From positions 744,001 through 808,000 of the forward strand of contig MU054466.1 of NCBI GenBank assembly GCA_013239625.1: a DNA stretch of 64,000 nucleotides, given 5' to 3'. This stretch comes from Lama guanicoe. Its lineage: Eukaryota. Made by a program: the position numbers and the translations under genes. Shown here one piece after another: positions 48,305 to 60,400 of this stretch; positions within the stretch are counted from its first letter, which is position 1, and the number at the start of each line of letters is the position of its first letter. The notes below the pieces were generated by a model. It did not search any database. It was not told where the DNA came from and was given only the letters and a program-made list of their open reading frames with translations.

Positions 48305-48478
48305 ATGAAAGGCCCCAGGGCCATTGGCAGCCCTGCGGGCAGCCCTGGAAGCGTGGACCTGTGTCTGGCGGGCCTCCCTCCGCCCGTGTCCCGGCGCCCC
48401 AGCAGCGCCTCTGCCGCCAAGCCCATCACCCGCTCCATCTCCATGGTCACGGGTGGCGCGCCCGGGAGGAAGGCGCCG
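48305..48478 (+). CDS. CEP131: CEP131 exon 2 coding part (exon starts 48290)
   Basis: ctctcAG| at 48289; ATG 48305; CCG|GTgagt. Confidence 0.9.
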
Positions 48479-51400
48479 GTGAGTGTGAGAGCCCTGATCT
48501 GACAGCCACGCTTGGAGCAGTGTTAGCGTCTGGTCCTTGGGCATCCAGGGCCCCTGCCCTAGGGTGGCGTCTGCCCCCTGGGTGGGCTCCACACCTCAGC
48601 CGGCGTCCTCTCATCCACCACCCGTCCACTCCGGGGCTGTCCTAGGGCAGGAAGGACTCGGCTTGTGGACCAGGGAGCTGACTCAAGAGAGGTCGAGGAT
48701 GGGTCGGCTGACCCCAGGCAGAGCCCTCTGTCCGTTGTGCTCCAGCAGCGCCTGGATTTGTCGGAGCCCTCCGCAAACGGGCTGACGTGGGGGGATGGAG
48801 ACGAGCCCCAGGGCAGGCGGGCAGCCGGGAGCGGGCAGCAAGGCTTGCTGGTTAGAAGGGGACCAGGGGCCCATCAGCCTTTGCCGTGGCACCCGGACAG
48901 GCCTCACGCATCTCCTCTAGGACCCTCCACCTGTCTGGGGTGAGGGGCTCCCACTTCATGCCAGAGAGGCCAAGGCCACACCCAAGACCCCCACGCTGCT
49001 ACCTCTGCCCACCTGCCACCAGCTGAGTGAACTGGCGGGTGACTGAAACCTTTGCTACGTGGTTGGTGGCCTCCCCTCTTTTTGCAGGAGGCCCCAGGGC
49101 CCAGAGGCTCCCAGGCTGCCAACAACCTTCGCAGATCTAACAGCACCACGCAGGTCAACCAGTCACAAGCCGACCATGCGTGGACCGGCCCCCGCAGGTA
49201 GCCTCCTGTCCCCTCAGGGGACCGCGGCCTGCTCCTCTCCTGCCTGGTCAGCCCTTCCCGCAGCCTCACCAGCAGGAGCACGGGGCCAGCCCTGGGCGGG
49301 GCGGGTGGGGTGAGTCTGTGCACAGAGATGCGGCCCTGAGGCTGGTGTCCCCTGCCCGCTCCTCTCCCTTTGTCCGTGCTGTGCCTTGTGGGAGTCTTGG
49401 TGGCCGCAGGATGGGGTGTGACGCCTGACCCAAGCGTGGTTGTCAGATCAGGGCTGAGAAACGACGCTTTATGTTGTGGGCTTGGCACAGAAGTCCCCGC
49501 TGGAGAGCCGGCCCCTCCTGTTCCCTCATAAGACACCCCCAGTCTGGGTCCCTGGAGCCAGGCTCCTGGGCTGAGGGATGGTCCCTGCTTGTGCCCTCTC
49601 CCGACACAGGCCGACGGAGCCCCCGGACTCCCTGTTGCTCTCTGAGGGCAGCCCCAGTGAGAGAAAGAGGCTGGCTGGTCCAAGCAGAACTTCTAGTGAG
49701 AAGGGAGCCACGTGGAACATCCTGGTGAGGCCAGCGGCTGAGCGGAGCGGACGGGATGTCGGGTGGCTGGTGTCTGTGGGGAGTGACCCCCATTCTGTCT
49801 TTGTTCTCACTATTCCTCTGGGGGTGGGGACTGGCAGGAGGGGGGCGCCAGTGTTGGCCAGCTTTGACCACAGGGCTGGACATGAGGGGGAGCAAAGAAC
49901 GCCCCCGTCCCGGGGCCGCCTCACCGCCCCCTGTGCGTGGGAGTGACGGGGGTCAGGGGCGTGTGCGGCGGGGTCACGGGCTGTGTGCACTGACAGGACG
50001 ACCGGCCCATGGCCTTCAGCTCGCCGCCCGACGCCCAGAGTCCCAGCGCCCTCGACGTGCCAGCGGGCCCACGGAGGAGAGAGTGCACGGTGCCCCTGGC
50101 GCCCACCTTCACTGCCAACAATAGGTGCGGCAGCTGCAGGGGCCACGCGGCCCCGCCCACCCAGAGCTCCCGGGGCAGCCACTTTGTCTTGTTCATGGCT
50201 GGACCGGGTGCTTTGGAATGAGTGAGTGTGGGAATGAACGATTGGCCTTCCCTACCTGAGGGCCGAGGGAAGAGGCTGCAACGTGGTGTTTTGCACCCAG
50301 CACTCCCCCCAGGACCCAAGATGCCCGGCTTCACTCTTGAAGCAGTCAGGCCTGGATGAGGCTCACTCCGGGCCCCGGGAGACCTTAAGGTTCAGCCTCA
50401 GTCTGTCTGGAGGGGAGGACGGAGCTGCCTCGGGGGCACCTGCTCACTGCCCAGAACTGGTCAGCATCCTGGCCGTGCTGGTCACTTCTCAGCCATGCCA
50501 CTCACAGCAAGACAGCAGCGGGGGCTGGAGAGGGAGGGCCAGGCAGGCTGGGACCTCAGCCGTCGGGGCTGGTGGCCATGAGTGGTCAGATGGGGGCATC
50601 TGGAGAAGCCCAGAGAGAAGGAGCCGAGGGCAGCGCCCCCACCTGCAGGAACGCCTGTCCCCCTGGCTCTCGGCCTCAGCTGGGACCCACTCGCGACCCG
50701 CACATGGGCAGAGGGGCTGAGACACATTTGCCTCAGTACAAGAAAGAATTTCCCAACCTTTAGAGCCATTTATCAAAGGAATGGCCTTTGAGAGGCCTTC
50801 ACCAGAGCCGGCGCAGGAGGGATTCTTGGTTTCAACGTGAGAATTCAAATTAAGACTTAATTCTAATTCCCATCACAGTGATACGTGCATACAGCTAGAA
50901 AGTTGAACAGTGGCACTGACTTCAGGAGGAAAACAGCCCGCCCACGCGCCCCTCCCCGCCCCGAGCCCTGCTCCCCAGAAGCAGCCACGTGCAGGCTGTT
51001 CGTTCTCGTATTTTCTAGAAAACCTTTCTCAAGACATGCCAGGGCGGCTCCTTGTCGACTGGTTTTCAGCCTCGGGCGTGACCCACGTGGAAGATGGGCT
51101 CACTGTCCGCCGCCCTGCCTCCACCTTGCACCCCAGCGCGCCCTCCGTCCCGCCCGCGCGGTGCTGTTCTCTGTTTAGCCTCATTTCCATCACATTCTGT
51201 TTGCTGATCTTTCTCTTGTGGGTCTTTCCCCAAGTGTTCCCGGAGTTCAAGGCCCTGCGAGTTGCCGGGAAGCCTTTTCCAGGCAGCTTCACTTCTGGGT
51301 GGTTGTGCAGGGGCCAGGCTGCTGTGCTGGGGTCAGCATCTGGGCCTTTTCTCGGGGCTGCCCACCCTCTCCGGGGAGCGGTCCTCTTGTCTCCTACGCT

Positions 51401-54400
51401 GGGGTTCGCGTCCTGGCCGCCAGTGCTGCAGGCCGGCTGGGGAGGGGTGGAGCTGCCCTGGCTCGCAGCACAGACTGCTTCACCAGAGACCCAGCCTCGT
51501 CCTCTGCAGGGCCGAGGCGGGGAGGGGGCTGGCGTCTGATGCTCGGGGCAAGGAGGGGGGTCCAGGCACGGGCTTCCTTGGAGAGCCGGTGCCTCTGCTC
51601 CCTGCCCCTCCCCGGGTTCTGGGGTGCAGACCAGCTGCCTGCAGCACCTGGGGCTCCGCTCCCTCACTTTGTGCGTCCCTCACCACTGGCCCTTCTGTTC
51701 CTCCACCTCTAACGCTTCATGGACATCTCTCTGCCGCTGTCTCCTCTCGTCTTTGTGTGATTACGCTGTCTTTACTCCTTCCAGTGGCTCTGAGAGGGGC
51801 AGAGAAAGCACAGTGCCTGTGCCACCCGCCCCGTGTGACTGTGTGGCCGGCATGGAGAGGCCCTCTCTCCGTCGACCAGTCCGTGGCCGTTCCCCCATCA
51901 CAGGCGTGTCCGATGTCGGGGGTCGCGGTGGTTTTCACCGCTCACACCTCTGGTTCTGCTCAGTGGAACAGCCCTGCTGGAGCTGTCCTGGGTCCCAAGA
52001 AGGGCCCACGGCTGGGTGCGGTGGCTGTGGACGGGGCCCCACAGGGACTCTGGGATGACACCAAGTGAGCACAGGCCCTGAGCGCGAGACGCGGGGTCCG
52101 CCTCCTTCCCAGAGCTGGACGCCGCCTCCCATCTGTTCCCGCAGGAGCAGCAAGGGAGCCGTGGGCAACTGCGTGACCACCATGGTGCACAACCGCTATC
52201 CTCCCTCGGAGAAGGCGCCGCCGCCCCCCAAGAGCTCCAACCACACGGCTCCCTCCCTCAAGTAAGGGCCTCGCTCCAGTCTCACCGCGGGCCCAGGACC
52301 CGGGCGCACCCGGCCTGGGGCCCACTGAGGAAGCCACAGCCCCCCAACCCCTGGCTCGGGTCCCCAGCCGAGTCCGAAGCGGCGGGGGTCTTGGGTGGGG
52401 CTTGGCTGAGCAGAGCAAAGCATCCCCTGGTACCTCGCCCCCTGTCACCCTCAGGGCACGCTCAGAGTCAGGGGTGGCGCACGCGTGTCTTGAGTCACCA
52501 TCCATTCTGGGATCTTGTGGCTTTTGAGACCTTTTTGCTGTTTTAAACATAGAGCCTTTTAACCTGGGTGCCACCAGATGGGCCCCGGGGGGAGAGGGCG
52601 GCCCCAAGAGATGAACAGCAAATCAGAGCAGGAGCAGGACCTTGCCTGCTGCTGGCGTCCAGCGGGCACCTCCTCCCAGGCCTGGGACATAGCCGCGGGT
52701 GGAGCTGTCCCCAGGGTTGAGGTCCGTGAGCCGTTCTCTGCCCCTCCGGTCAGCAATATCGTCAAGGCCACCACGGGCGAGGGCGAGAGCTGCAGCTTCG
52801 GGAAGGCGCAGAAGAACGTGGCCCGCAGCAGCCACGCGGTCCAGAGCAACTCGGGAGGTGCCACGGGCCAGCTCAGACGGAAGGAGGTGACTGAGGAGGA
52901 GGCCGAGAGGTGACCGCCCGGGGCTGGGGCCGGGAGGGGGCCTGAGGTGCCGGGGAGAGATGTCAAGGAGGCAGATCTGCAGAATCAGGAAGGAGAGTGA
53001 TGGCTGCCTGGGGCTGGGGCGGCGCAGGAGGGGGTCTCCGAGGGGTGATGGAGCCGTCCCAGCACTGGACCCTGGGGATGGTCATACAACTCTTTAAGTT
53101 TACTGCAAATCACTGAGTCGTGTACTCAAAATGGGTGAATTTTGCAAGTATGTATCAGTAAAACTGTTGGTAGAAAGACAACTGAAAAACTCAGGAACAA
53201 GTGGGAGGGCTGCCCCTGGAATCTTGTCCCAGGGGCCGCGGAGGGTGGGCCTGGCAGAGCCTCCTGCCGCTGGAGACCACGAGCCCAGTCCGGAACCACC
53301 TAGCGATCAGAGGCTGCGCTTGGAGAGCCTCACCTGGCTGGGCTGTCACCACTGCTGTCCCCATGGAGCTTGGGACAGGCCCTGGAAGTGGGCAAGCAGG
53401 GTGAGGTGGTGGACGGGCCTCTGCACACGTGTCCCACGGCCGGTGACCGTTCACATCCTGGATGGTCCGTCAGCATCTTCGCCAAGTGAATTGACAGGGC
53501 ATCCTGGGAGCCAGGACGGAGGCTTTGGGTTTAGTCCACGTTACTGAGTGCACTTTGTGCACAGGGCGCGCCCCCTTTAGGACACAGGTCTGTGAGCTTG
53601 GCGCGTGTGCAGCCGGGTCTGCAAAAAGAGCGTCTCGCCCCCCCAGGGTTCCCTACACGCCTCTCGGCCAGTCCCTGCCAGGTGATCCTGACCACACCAG
53701 CCTGTCCCTGCAGCTTGCCTTCCCCCACGGGCCGACTGCAGCCCTGGCTGCGTCTCCAGTTTGTTGCCGCTGGTCCATGAGTGGCGTCCCATCGGGCGCA
53801 CACTTGCTCCCCGCAGCCAGGTGGTGGGCCTTCGGGTCTCTCTGGTTTCTGGCGATTGTGAGTGGAGTCTGTGTGGGTGGGTGTTTCCTTTTCCCCAGGA
53901 CGTTGGCACCTGAGGACGGGCGCTGTGCACGGCGTCCCCGCCTGGCCAGCCTTCGGGGACTTGGGAGGGGAGCCCATCACTCTGCTGCCTCAGTCCTGAG
54001 CCCCGCTCTCCGGCAGGTTTATCCACCAGGTGAACCAGGCCGCCGTCACCATCCAGCGCTGGTACCGGCACCAAGTGCAGCGGCGCCGAGCAGGAGCGGC
54101 CAGCGTGCAGCGCCTGCTGGAGTCAAAGCGAGCGGTGGGTGTGGGTGTGGGTGTGTGGGTCTGTGTGGGTGTGGGTGGGTGTGGGTGTGTGGGTGGGGGC
54201 CCAGCCGTATGCGGACTGGTGGGATGGACCTAGAATTTCCCTGGGCCCACCCCATCTGGGGGCCCAGCTTCCTCCCTCCCCAGTTGCTCGGTTGGCAGTG
54301 CCTGGGTGTTGGGTTGCACCCGCTGAAAGTTGGGGCGGGTTTCTGGCTGCGACACCAAGCTGTGTCCCATCTGCGGGGTCCACTGGGTGCCTGGGAGAGG

Positions 54401-57400
54401 GAGCTTGTTCTCTGTGGGGCAGAGAAACGGCAGGCTGGGGGCCTTGTGGGGCAACCCGCTGTCTGCACTGTGGCTTGGTCTCTGCAGGGGCAGCGGCAGC
54501 GGCTAGGAGAGGGGACCCTCCTGGAGCAGCATCAGCAGAAGGAGGCAGCCAGGAGAAGGGCCCGGGAGGAGAAGGCACGCCAGGCCCGGAGGGCGGCCAT
54601 TCAGGTGCCCGGGCGACCCTGTGTGCCGAGAGCACCACCGGGGGCCCCACCGCCCCTTTCCCCGAGCTCCTGGATGTGGGGCCTCGGGCAGCGAGGCTCG
54701 GGGAGGACCAGGGGCCGCCCTCTGCCTGCTACCCCCTGGGCAGGGCTGCTCACAGGCGCTCCCTGCGGCAGGAACTGCAGCAGAAGCGAGCGCAGAAGTC
54801 AGGCGACACTGACCTCGGGCTGCTGAAGGGGACCAGGGAGACAGGGAAGCCCCAGCCCACCCAGGAGCTGCCCCTGAGCCCGGGGAGCACTGCCCAGGAG
54901 ACCCGCAAGGCCAGTAATGCCGGTGAGTGTGGCTGAGAGCCCAGAGGCTGCCCTGCCGCCCGCCCACCGCTGCCTCAGCCTGTGTGTGGACATCCCAGTG
55001 TCGACACCCCCCCAGTGTGGACACTCTGGGTATGGTGACCCCTGGGTACCGCCATCCCCGAAGGCAGACACCCTCGTGCCCGACCCCCACACCCCCCTCC
55101 CCCAGGGAGGCCTGTGGCCGAGGAGGAGGTGCGGGCTCTGCTGACATCTCCTGGCTCCTGGGCCGCTGCCTGTTGATGGCGTCCACCCTGGAGGAGGGGC
55201 CTCGCTCTCAGCAACCCCCAGGCCCTGCTCCTCCGCTCCGGCCCCGCTTGCTCTGGAGCTGGACATGGGGGCCCTACAGAGCACTGCACCAGCTCCCTGA
55301 CCTCTCACCCCAGAAGGTCAGGGCTCCCCAGGCAGCCCCTGCTCCATGAGGTCCACTGTGGCGTGCACCACCCCGGGCCCTGCCTCCGCCCCTCCCCGGC
55401 CTGTCACAGGGGCTCCTCCACAGTCGTTGCCCCAGGTGGCCGACGCTGTGTTCCCTCGTGCAGGGGCTGGCTTGCGCGCTGCAGGCCCAGAGGACCCCTG
55501 CCAGCCTGCCCCCGACACAGCCCTGGAGCCCCAGCAGTTTCCAGAGGACAAGCCTCAGGTCTCAGCACGGCCCTCCCTGCCCTCCCTGCCCAGCTCCGGG
55601 GCATGTCCAGGCTGGGGTGGCCTGCGCCTGCCCTTTCGTGCCCTGCCGTGGCCACAGGGACGCTCACCAAGACAGGTCTCGTCGCTCCCATGCAGGGCTG
55701 GGGTCTCACAGTTGCCCTGGAATCCCACTGGGTGTTCTTGGATGCGGGGTTGGGATCCACACAGAAGCGCAGAGGTTAGATGCCGGCCATGGCATCCAGC
55801 CCAAGGGCCAAGGGGCCCGGGCCCAGGCCGTCCCACCTGGCGTCCCTTCTCGTCTCCCTGGAGGCGGGTGAGCAGGCAGGCAGGCGCCCGAGCAGAAGGA
55901 TCGGGGCCCCTGCCTACCCACTGTTCGCTGGTGGTCTCTGCCTCTTATGGCCTCGCCGGCTTCAGCCTCCCATCCGTCCGCTGCAGGATGCCAGCTCCCA
56001 GGACACGGCAGCTGGTGAGATCCTGGAGGTGGTGGCCCCCACTGAGGGCAGGGTCAAGTCCAGGGCAACCCTGGACGATCTGCTGGACACGCTGAAGTTG
56101 CTGGAGCAGGAGCCAGAGCCGCTGCCCCGCCCTAGGGCCTATCGCAAGGACAAATACGCCTGGACCGACGAGGTGACCGTGGGCCCTGGCACCATCCATG
56201 CAGGTCACAGGCTTGCTGTGGGGACCTGGGAAGCCCCCAGGGGTCCTCCCTGCTTGAGTCAGGACCTCACGAGGGCCAGATGGGACCTTGTTGAACTACC
56301 TACTCATCCGAGGGCTCACGAAGGTTAGGACCCTCAGAGTAACCTGGGGGTGGCAGTGGGCACCGTGTCTCTGCCAGCAGTGGTCCCCGGTCAGTCCCTT
56401 GCAAGGGTCTGGGCAGTCTGAGAGGCCCTCCCCTCGGCCAGTCTCCGGGGGGCCCTGGAAGGCCGGCCTGGAGTCCGCCGCTGCCCCCACAGCCTCCAAT
56501 GCCACGCCCCACCCCCTGCAGGAGGACTATGCCAGCTCCCTGACGGCCCACAACCTGGAGAGGTTTGGGAGGCTCAGCGTGGCCGCCAGCCCCCCCGAGG
56601 ATGGGGCCCTGCTCTCAGAGGCCAAGCTGCGCAGCATCCTGCGCTTCCTGGATGAGACAGAGGAGTCTGGGCAGCGCCAGGCAGCCCCAGCCCCCCAGGT
56701 GTGGAGAGGCCTCAGGGAGGGAGGCCGGCCACCACTGGGCAATGAGGGCCTGCCTGACGCAGCCGCGTCCTCAGGGCCACGTGCCGGAGGAGGGTCTGGG
56801 GTGCTCAGGGCCGGTGTCTGAGGCCAGCACGTCGGCGATGCGGCTGCAGCTGGAGGTGGAGGAGAAGAAGCAGGCGATGGTGCTGTTGCAGCGGGCGCTG
56901 GTAACGGCCCCTCCGCCGCCCCCCCCCCCGCTGCCCAAGCGTCCCACCTGTCCCTGAGTGGCTCCTCCCGCACCCTGCAGGCACAGCAGCGGGACCTGAC
57001 CGTGCGGCGTGTCAAAGAGACGGAGAAGGAGCTGGGCCGGCAGCTGCGGCAGCAGAGGGAGCATTACGAGGCCACCATACAGCGGCACCTGTCTTTCATT
57101 GACCAGGTGGCGCTGCCCGGGGAGTGGGGCCTCAGGGCAGTTGCATCAGGACCTGGGGGTCGGGGAGAGGGTCAGGGCCAGGTTCCAGACCAGAGCGGGC
57201 CTCACGGAGACTTCTAAACCCACGGGCCTTCCTCGTGGGCCTCCTCCCACCTTCGTAGAAACGGGCAGCGTCTTCCCCTATGGGGGCCAGGTGTCGACTG
57301 CTCGCCGGGCTGCTCTGGGGCAACCAGCCCCAGCGAGTGCTGCCCTCCCCTCCCCCCCCAGCGAGGCTCCCCCAGTGCCCCAGCCCTCCGCCCACCCACA

Positions 57401-60400
57401 GCTGTGCTCCCAGGCCCAGCGTGGCGGGTGGCAGGGGCAGAGGGGCAGAGCACACCCCCCAGTGGGGTCCGGCTACGTGGGGTCACTCAGAGGACAGGCT
57501 GGTCCCCTGGCGGCCACTGGGGGGCTGCCAGCAGGACACACACCCTGAACTTCCTGGTGTGCTGTCCCGGGGAGGCCGCTGCTGGGGCAGCTGGAGCTCC
57601 TTCGACAGGGACTGGTGGAGGCTTCCAGCCCACCTGTGCTCGGCTGGGCCCCGTCAGGTCCTTTTCCAAGGAGAGCTCCAGGTGTGGGGTCTGTGAGGAG
57701 AGGAGGGAGCCCAGAGGAACCAAGCAGCCTCAACACGCCGCCTCGCAGTCATAGGTGTTTCCAAACAGGGGGTCTGCCTGGACCCCTCGGTGAGGCTGGG
57801 TGCCACCTGGGGACTTCACCGAGACCCTTTGTTAGGCGACAAGCAGGCCCTTCTCAGGCTGGATGACAGGGTCAACAGGATGACCCCCACCCCTGGAGGC
57901 TCCTGACATGGCCACAGTTGGGGGCTAGTAGCCAAGGTGCCCACTCTGCCCGGCTCCGCTGACACCAGCCGGCCCTCAGGAAGGGGTCAAGCCCTTTGTC
58001 CATATGCACACCTTTTTGGACCCAGGGTCCCCTACAGACCTGGGAGGGGGCAGGATTTGGTGTGCTGGCCTCCCAGGCGAGGAGAGGTAGGTAGGGTTTC
58101 CTGACCTCACCTCCACCCCTGGTCGTAGCTGATCGAGGACAAGAAGGCCTTGGGTGAGAAGTGCGAGGCCCTGGTGGCCGAGCTGAAGCAGGGGGACCAG
58201 AGGCGCAAGGACAGGGAGACCCAGATGCAGGAGCAGCACGAGCTGGTGAGCCCCCTGCTCTTCTGCCCGCTGACCCCAGACCCGGTGTGCCTGCACGGGG
58301 AAGTCTGGGCCTGCACCGCCTGGCTGGAGCCATCCCGCGGGCCAGCCGGGGAGGGGCCAGCCCGGCACCGTGCTCTGTCCCCTCCTTCCACTGGAGCTGC
58401 TTCCTGCCACCCCACGGGTGCCAGACCCCGGGGCAGGGCCGAGGGGCTTGTGTGACCCCTCTCGTGTCCCTGAAGAGGAGGTGATGGCCCCCGCTCTGGA
58501 CCCTGGGCAGAGGGACCGGCTTCCGTCAGACGAGTGCTGCAGCCCTGGTGCCTCCTGCTTTGCCCGTGGTCACTGTTGAAAGGCACCTCCTGAACGTCGG
58601 GGGTGACCGAGGCTGGGGGGCTGTCCTTGCATCTTCCCACTTCCCACAGCTCCTCTGCTGACTCCTGTGTTCTCGCTGGCAGGAGATCAAGAAGCTCAAA
58701 GAACTGATGAGCGCCACCGAGAAGGTCCGCAGGGAGAAGTGGATCAGCGAGAAGACCCGGAAGATCAAAGAGATCACCGTCAAAGGTGAGGGCCGCGCCA
58801 GCGGCGCGCACGGGGAGGGGCTTCCCGGGAAGCACTGAGACTCAGGGGTGTGGCCCGGCCGGGGAGGCCACCAGGAGCGGGGGAGCTGGGGGCACTCGAG
58901 CTTGGCTGTAGACCAGCATCAAGGGCCCCGTCTAGGTGGGGGGCCTCGCCGGCCCTTGGACGGGCTCCCCTCCAGCTTCCAAGGGGGCGAGTGGGTGGGG
59001 GCTCGCGTTGGGAGCTGCCTGCCTGCTGCATGGTCGCACCTCCCCCATGTAGAGAGCCCTCCGAGGGCCAATGGGACAACCCCAGCTGTGCCCGTCTATG
59101 CCTGGCTCTCCTGCCCCAGTAACCCCCTCTCCATGGGGAGACCCCACGGCCCGGAGCGCCAAGGGGGTAGCCATGGTGCCCCAGGCAGGGAGATGTGCTG
59201 TAGCCCCAGTGGGCTCAGCTGTGCTCCATGCTGGAGCCCCCCGGGGCCCCCTAGCGGCCGGGGTGTCACAGTGGGCAGAGGTCGGGGGTCCCTCCCAGCC
59301 CAGGAAGGAGGGGCAGGACCCCGCAGTGGTGGGGGTGGGTCCCTGCAGCACGGTGTCCCCCCAGGCCTGGAGCCCGAGATCCAGAAGCTGATCGCCAGGC
59401 ACAAGCAGGAGGTGAAGAAGCTCAAGAGCCTGCACGCAGCCGAGTTGCTACAGGCGGATGAGCGTGCGGCCGAGCGCTACGGGCGCCAGGCCGAGGAGCT
59501 CCGCCAGCACCTGGAGCGGGAGAAGGAGGCGCTGGGCCGGCAGGAGTGGGAGCGTGCCCAGCAGCGGTGGGCCCCCCTACCCCGGGGACATGGGGGTGGG
59601 GCGAGGCCAGAGCAGAGCTGGGGTGTGCCCGGACCCCCAGGGCCAAGAGCACCTCCCCATGGCCGCCCTCAGGGGACAGAGAAGACAGGGAGGGGGACAG
59701 CGGGACGCAGGGCTGGGTGCGGCGGCCTCCCCGGGGCAGCTGCAGCTGTCCCAGCAGTTCAGCTCCCAGGGACACGCTCTGCCAGCGTGGACCCCGCAAC
59801 CCTGGGTGTGAGGCCCTCCCTGGGCCAGCTGCCCCCGAGCCGGTCCTGCTGTCCCTCTGCAGCTTCGAGCAGCACCTGGAGCAGGAGCAGCGGGCCCTGG
59901 AGCAGCAGCGGCGGCGGCTCCACAGCGAGGTGGCCGAGGAGAAGGAGCGGCTGGGCCAGCAGGCCGCCAGGTGCCCCGGGGGACGACCCGGACCCACGCA
60001 GCCGACCCGCCACCGTCGCTGCGGACTGACCCGTGCTCTCCTGCAGGCAGCGGGCGGAGCTGGAGGAGCTGAGGCAGCAGCTGGAGGAGAGCAGCTCGGC
60101 CGGGGGCCGGGCCCTGCGGGCTGAGTTTGAGAAGCGGAGAGAGGAGCAGGAGCGCCGGCACCGGGTCGGCCCTGCCCCCGCCCCCCAGCTCAGCCCGGGG
60201 CACCCACACTGCAGGGGAGGGGCCGCCACCGGGGCTGGCCCCCACCTGCCGGGCTGGCAGCCGCTTAGAGCATTGGGCGAGCCTGTGTCCCCACGACTGG
60301 TCTGCCCAGCCAGCTCCCCACAGACCCCAGCTTGACCGCAGGCCCCGTCCAGGCCCCCCCGGCAGACAGGCTCTGGGTGCGGAGTGGCCCACAAGGCCCG

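Noticed and set aside
53525-54826. 433-aa ORF and other long six-frame ORFs (33388-34542 minus, 58848-60029, 59577-60593 minus, 61091-62140 minus, 44899-45762)
   Set aside because: Stop-poor GC-rich DNA. They are intron read-through or antisense shadows of real exons, with P/G/R/A-rich composition and no domain signal.
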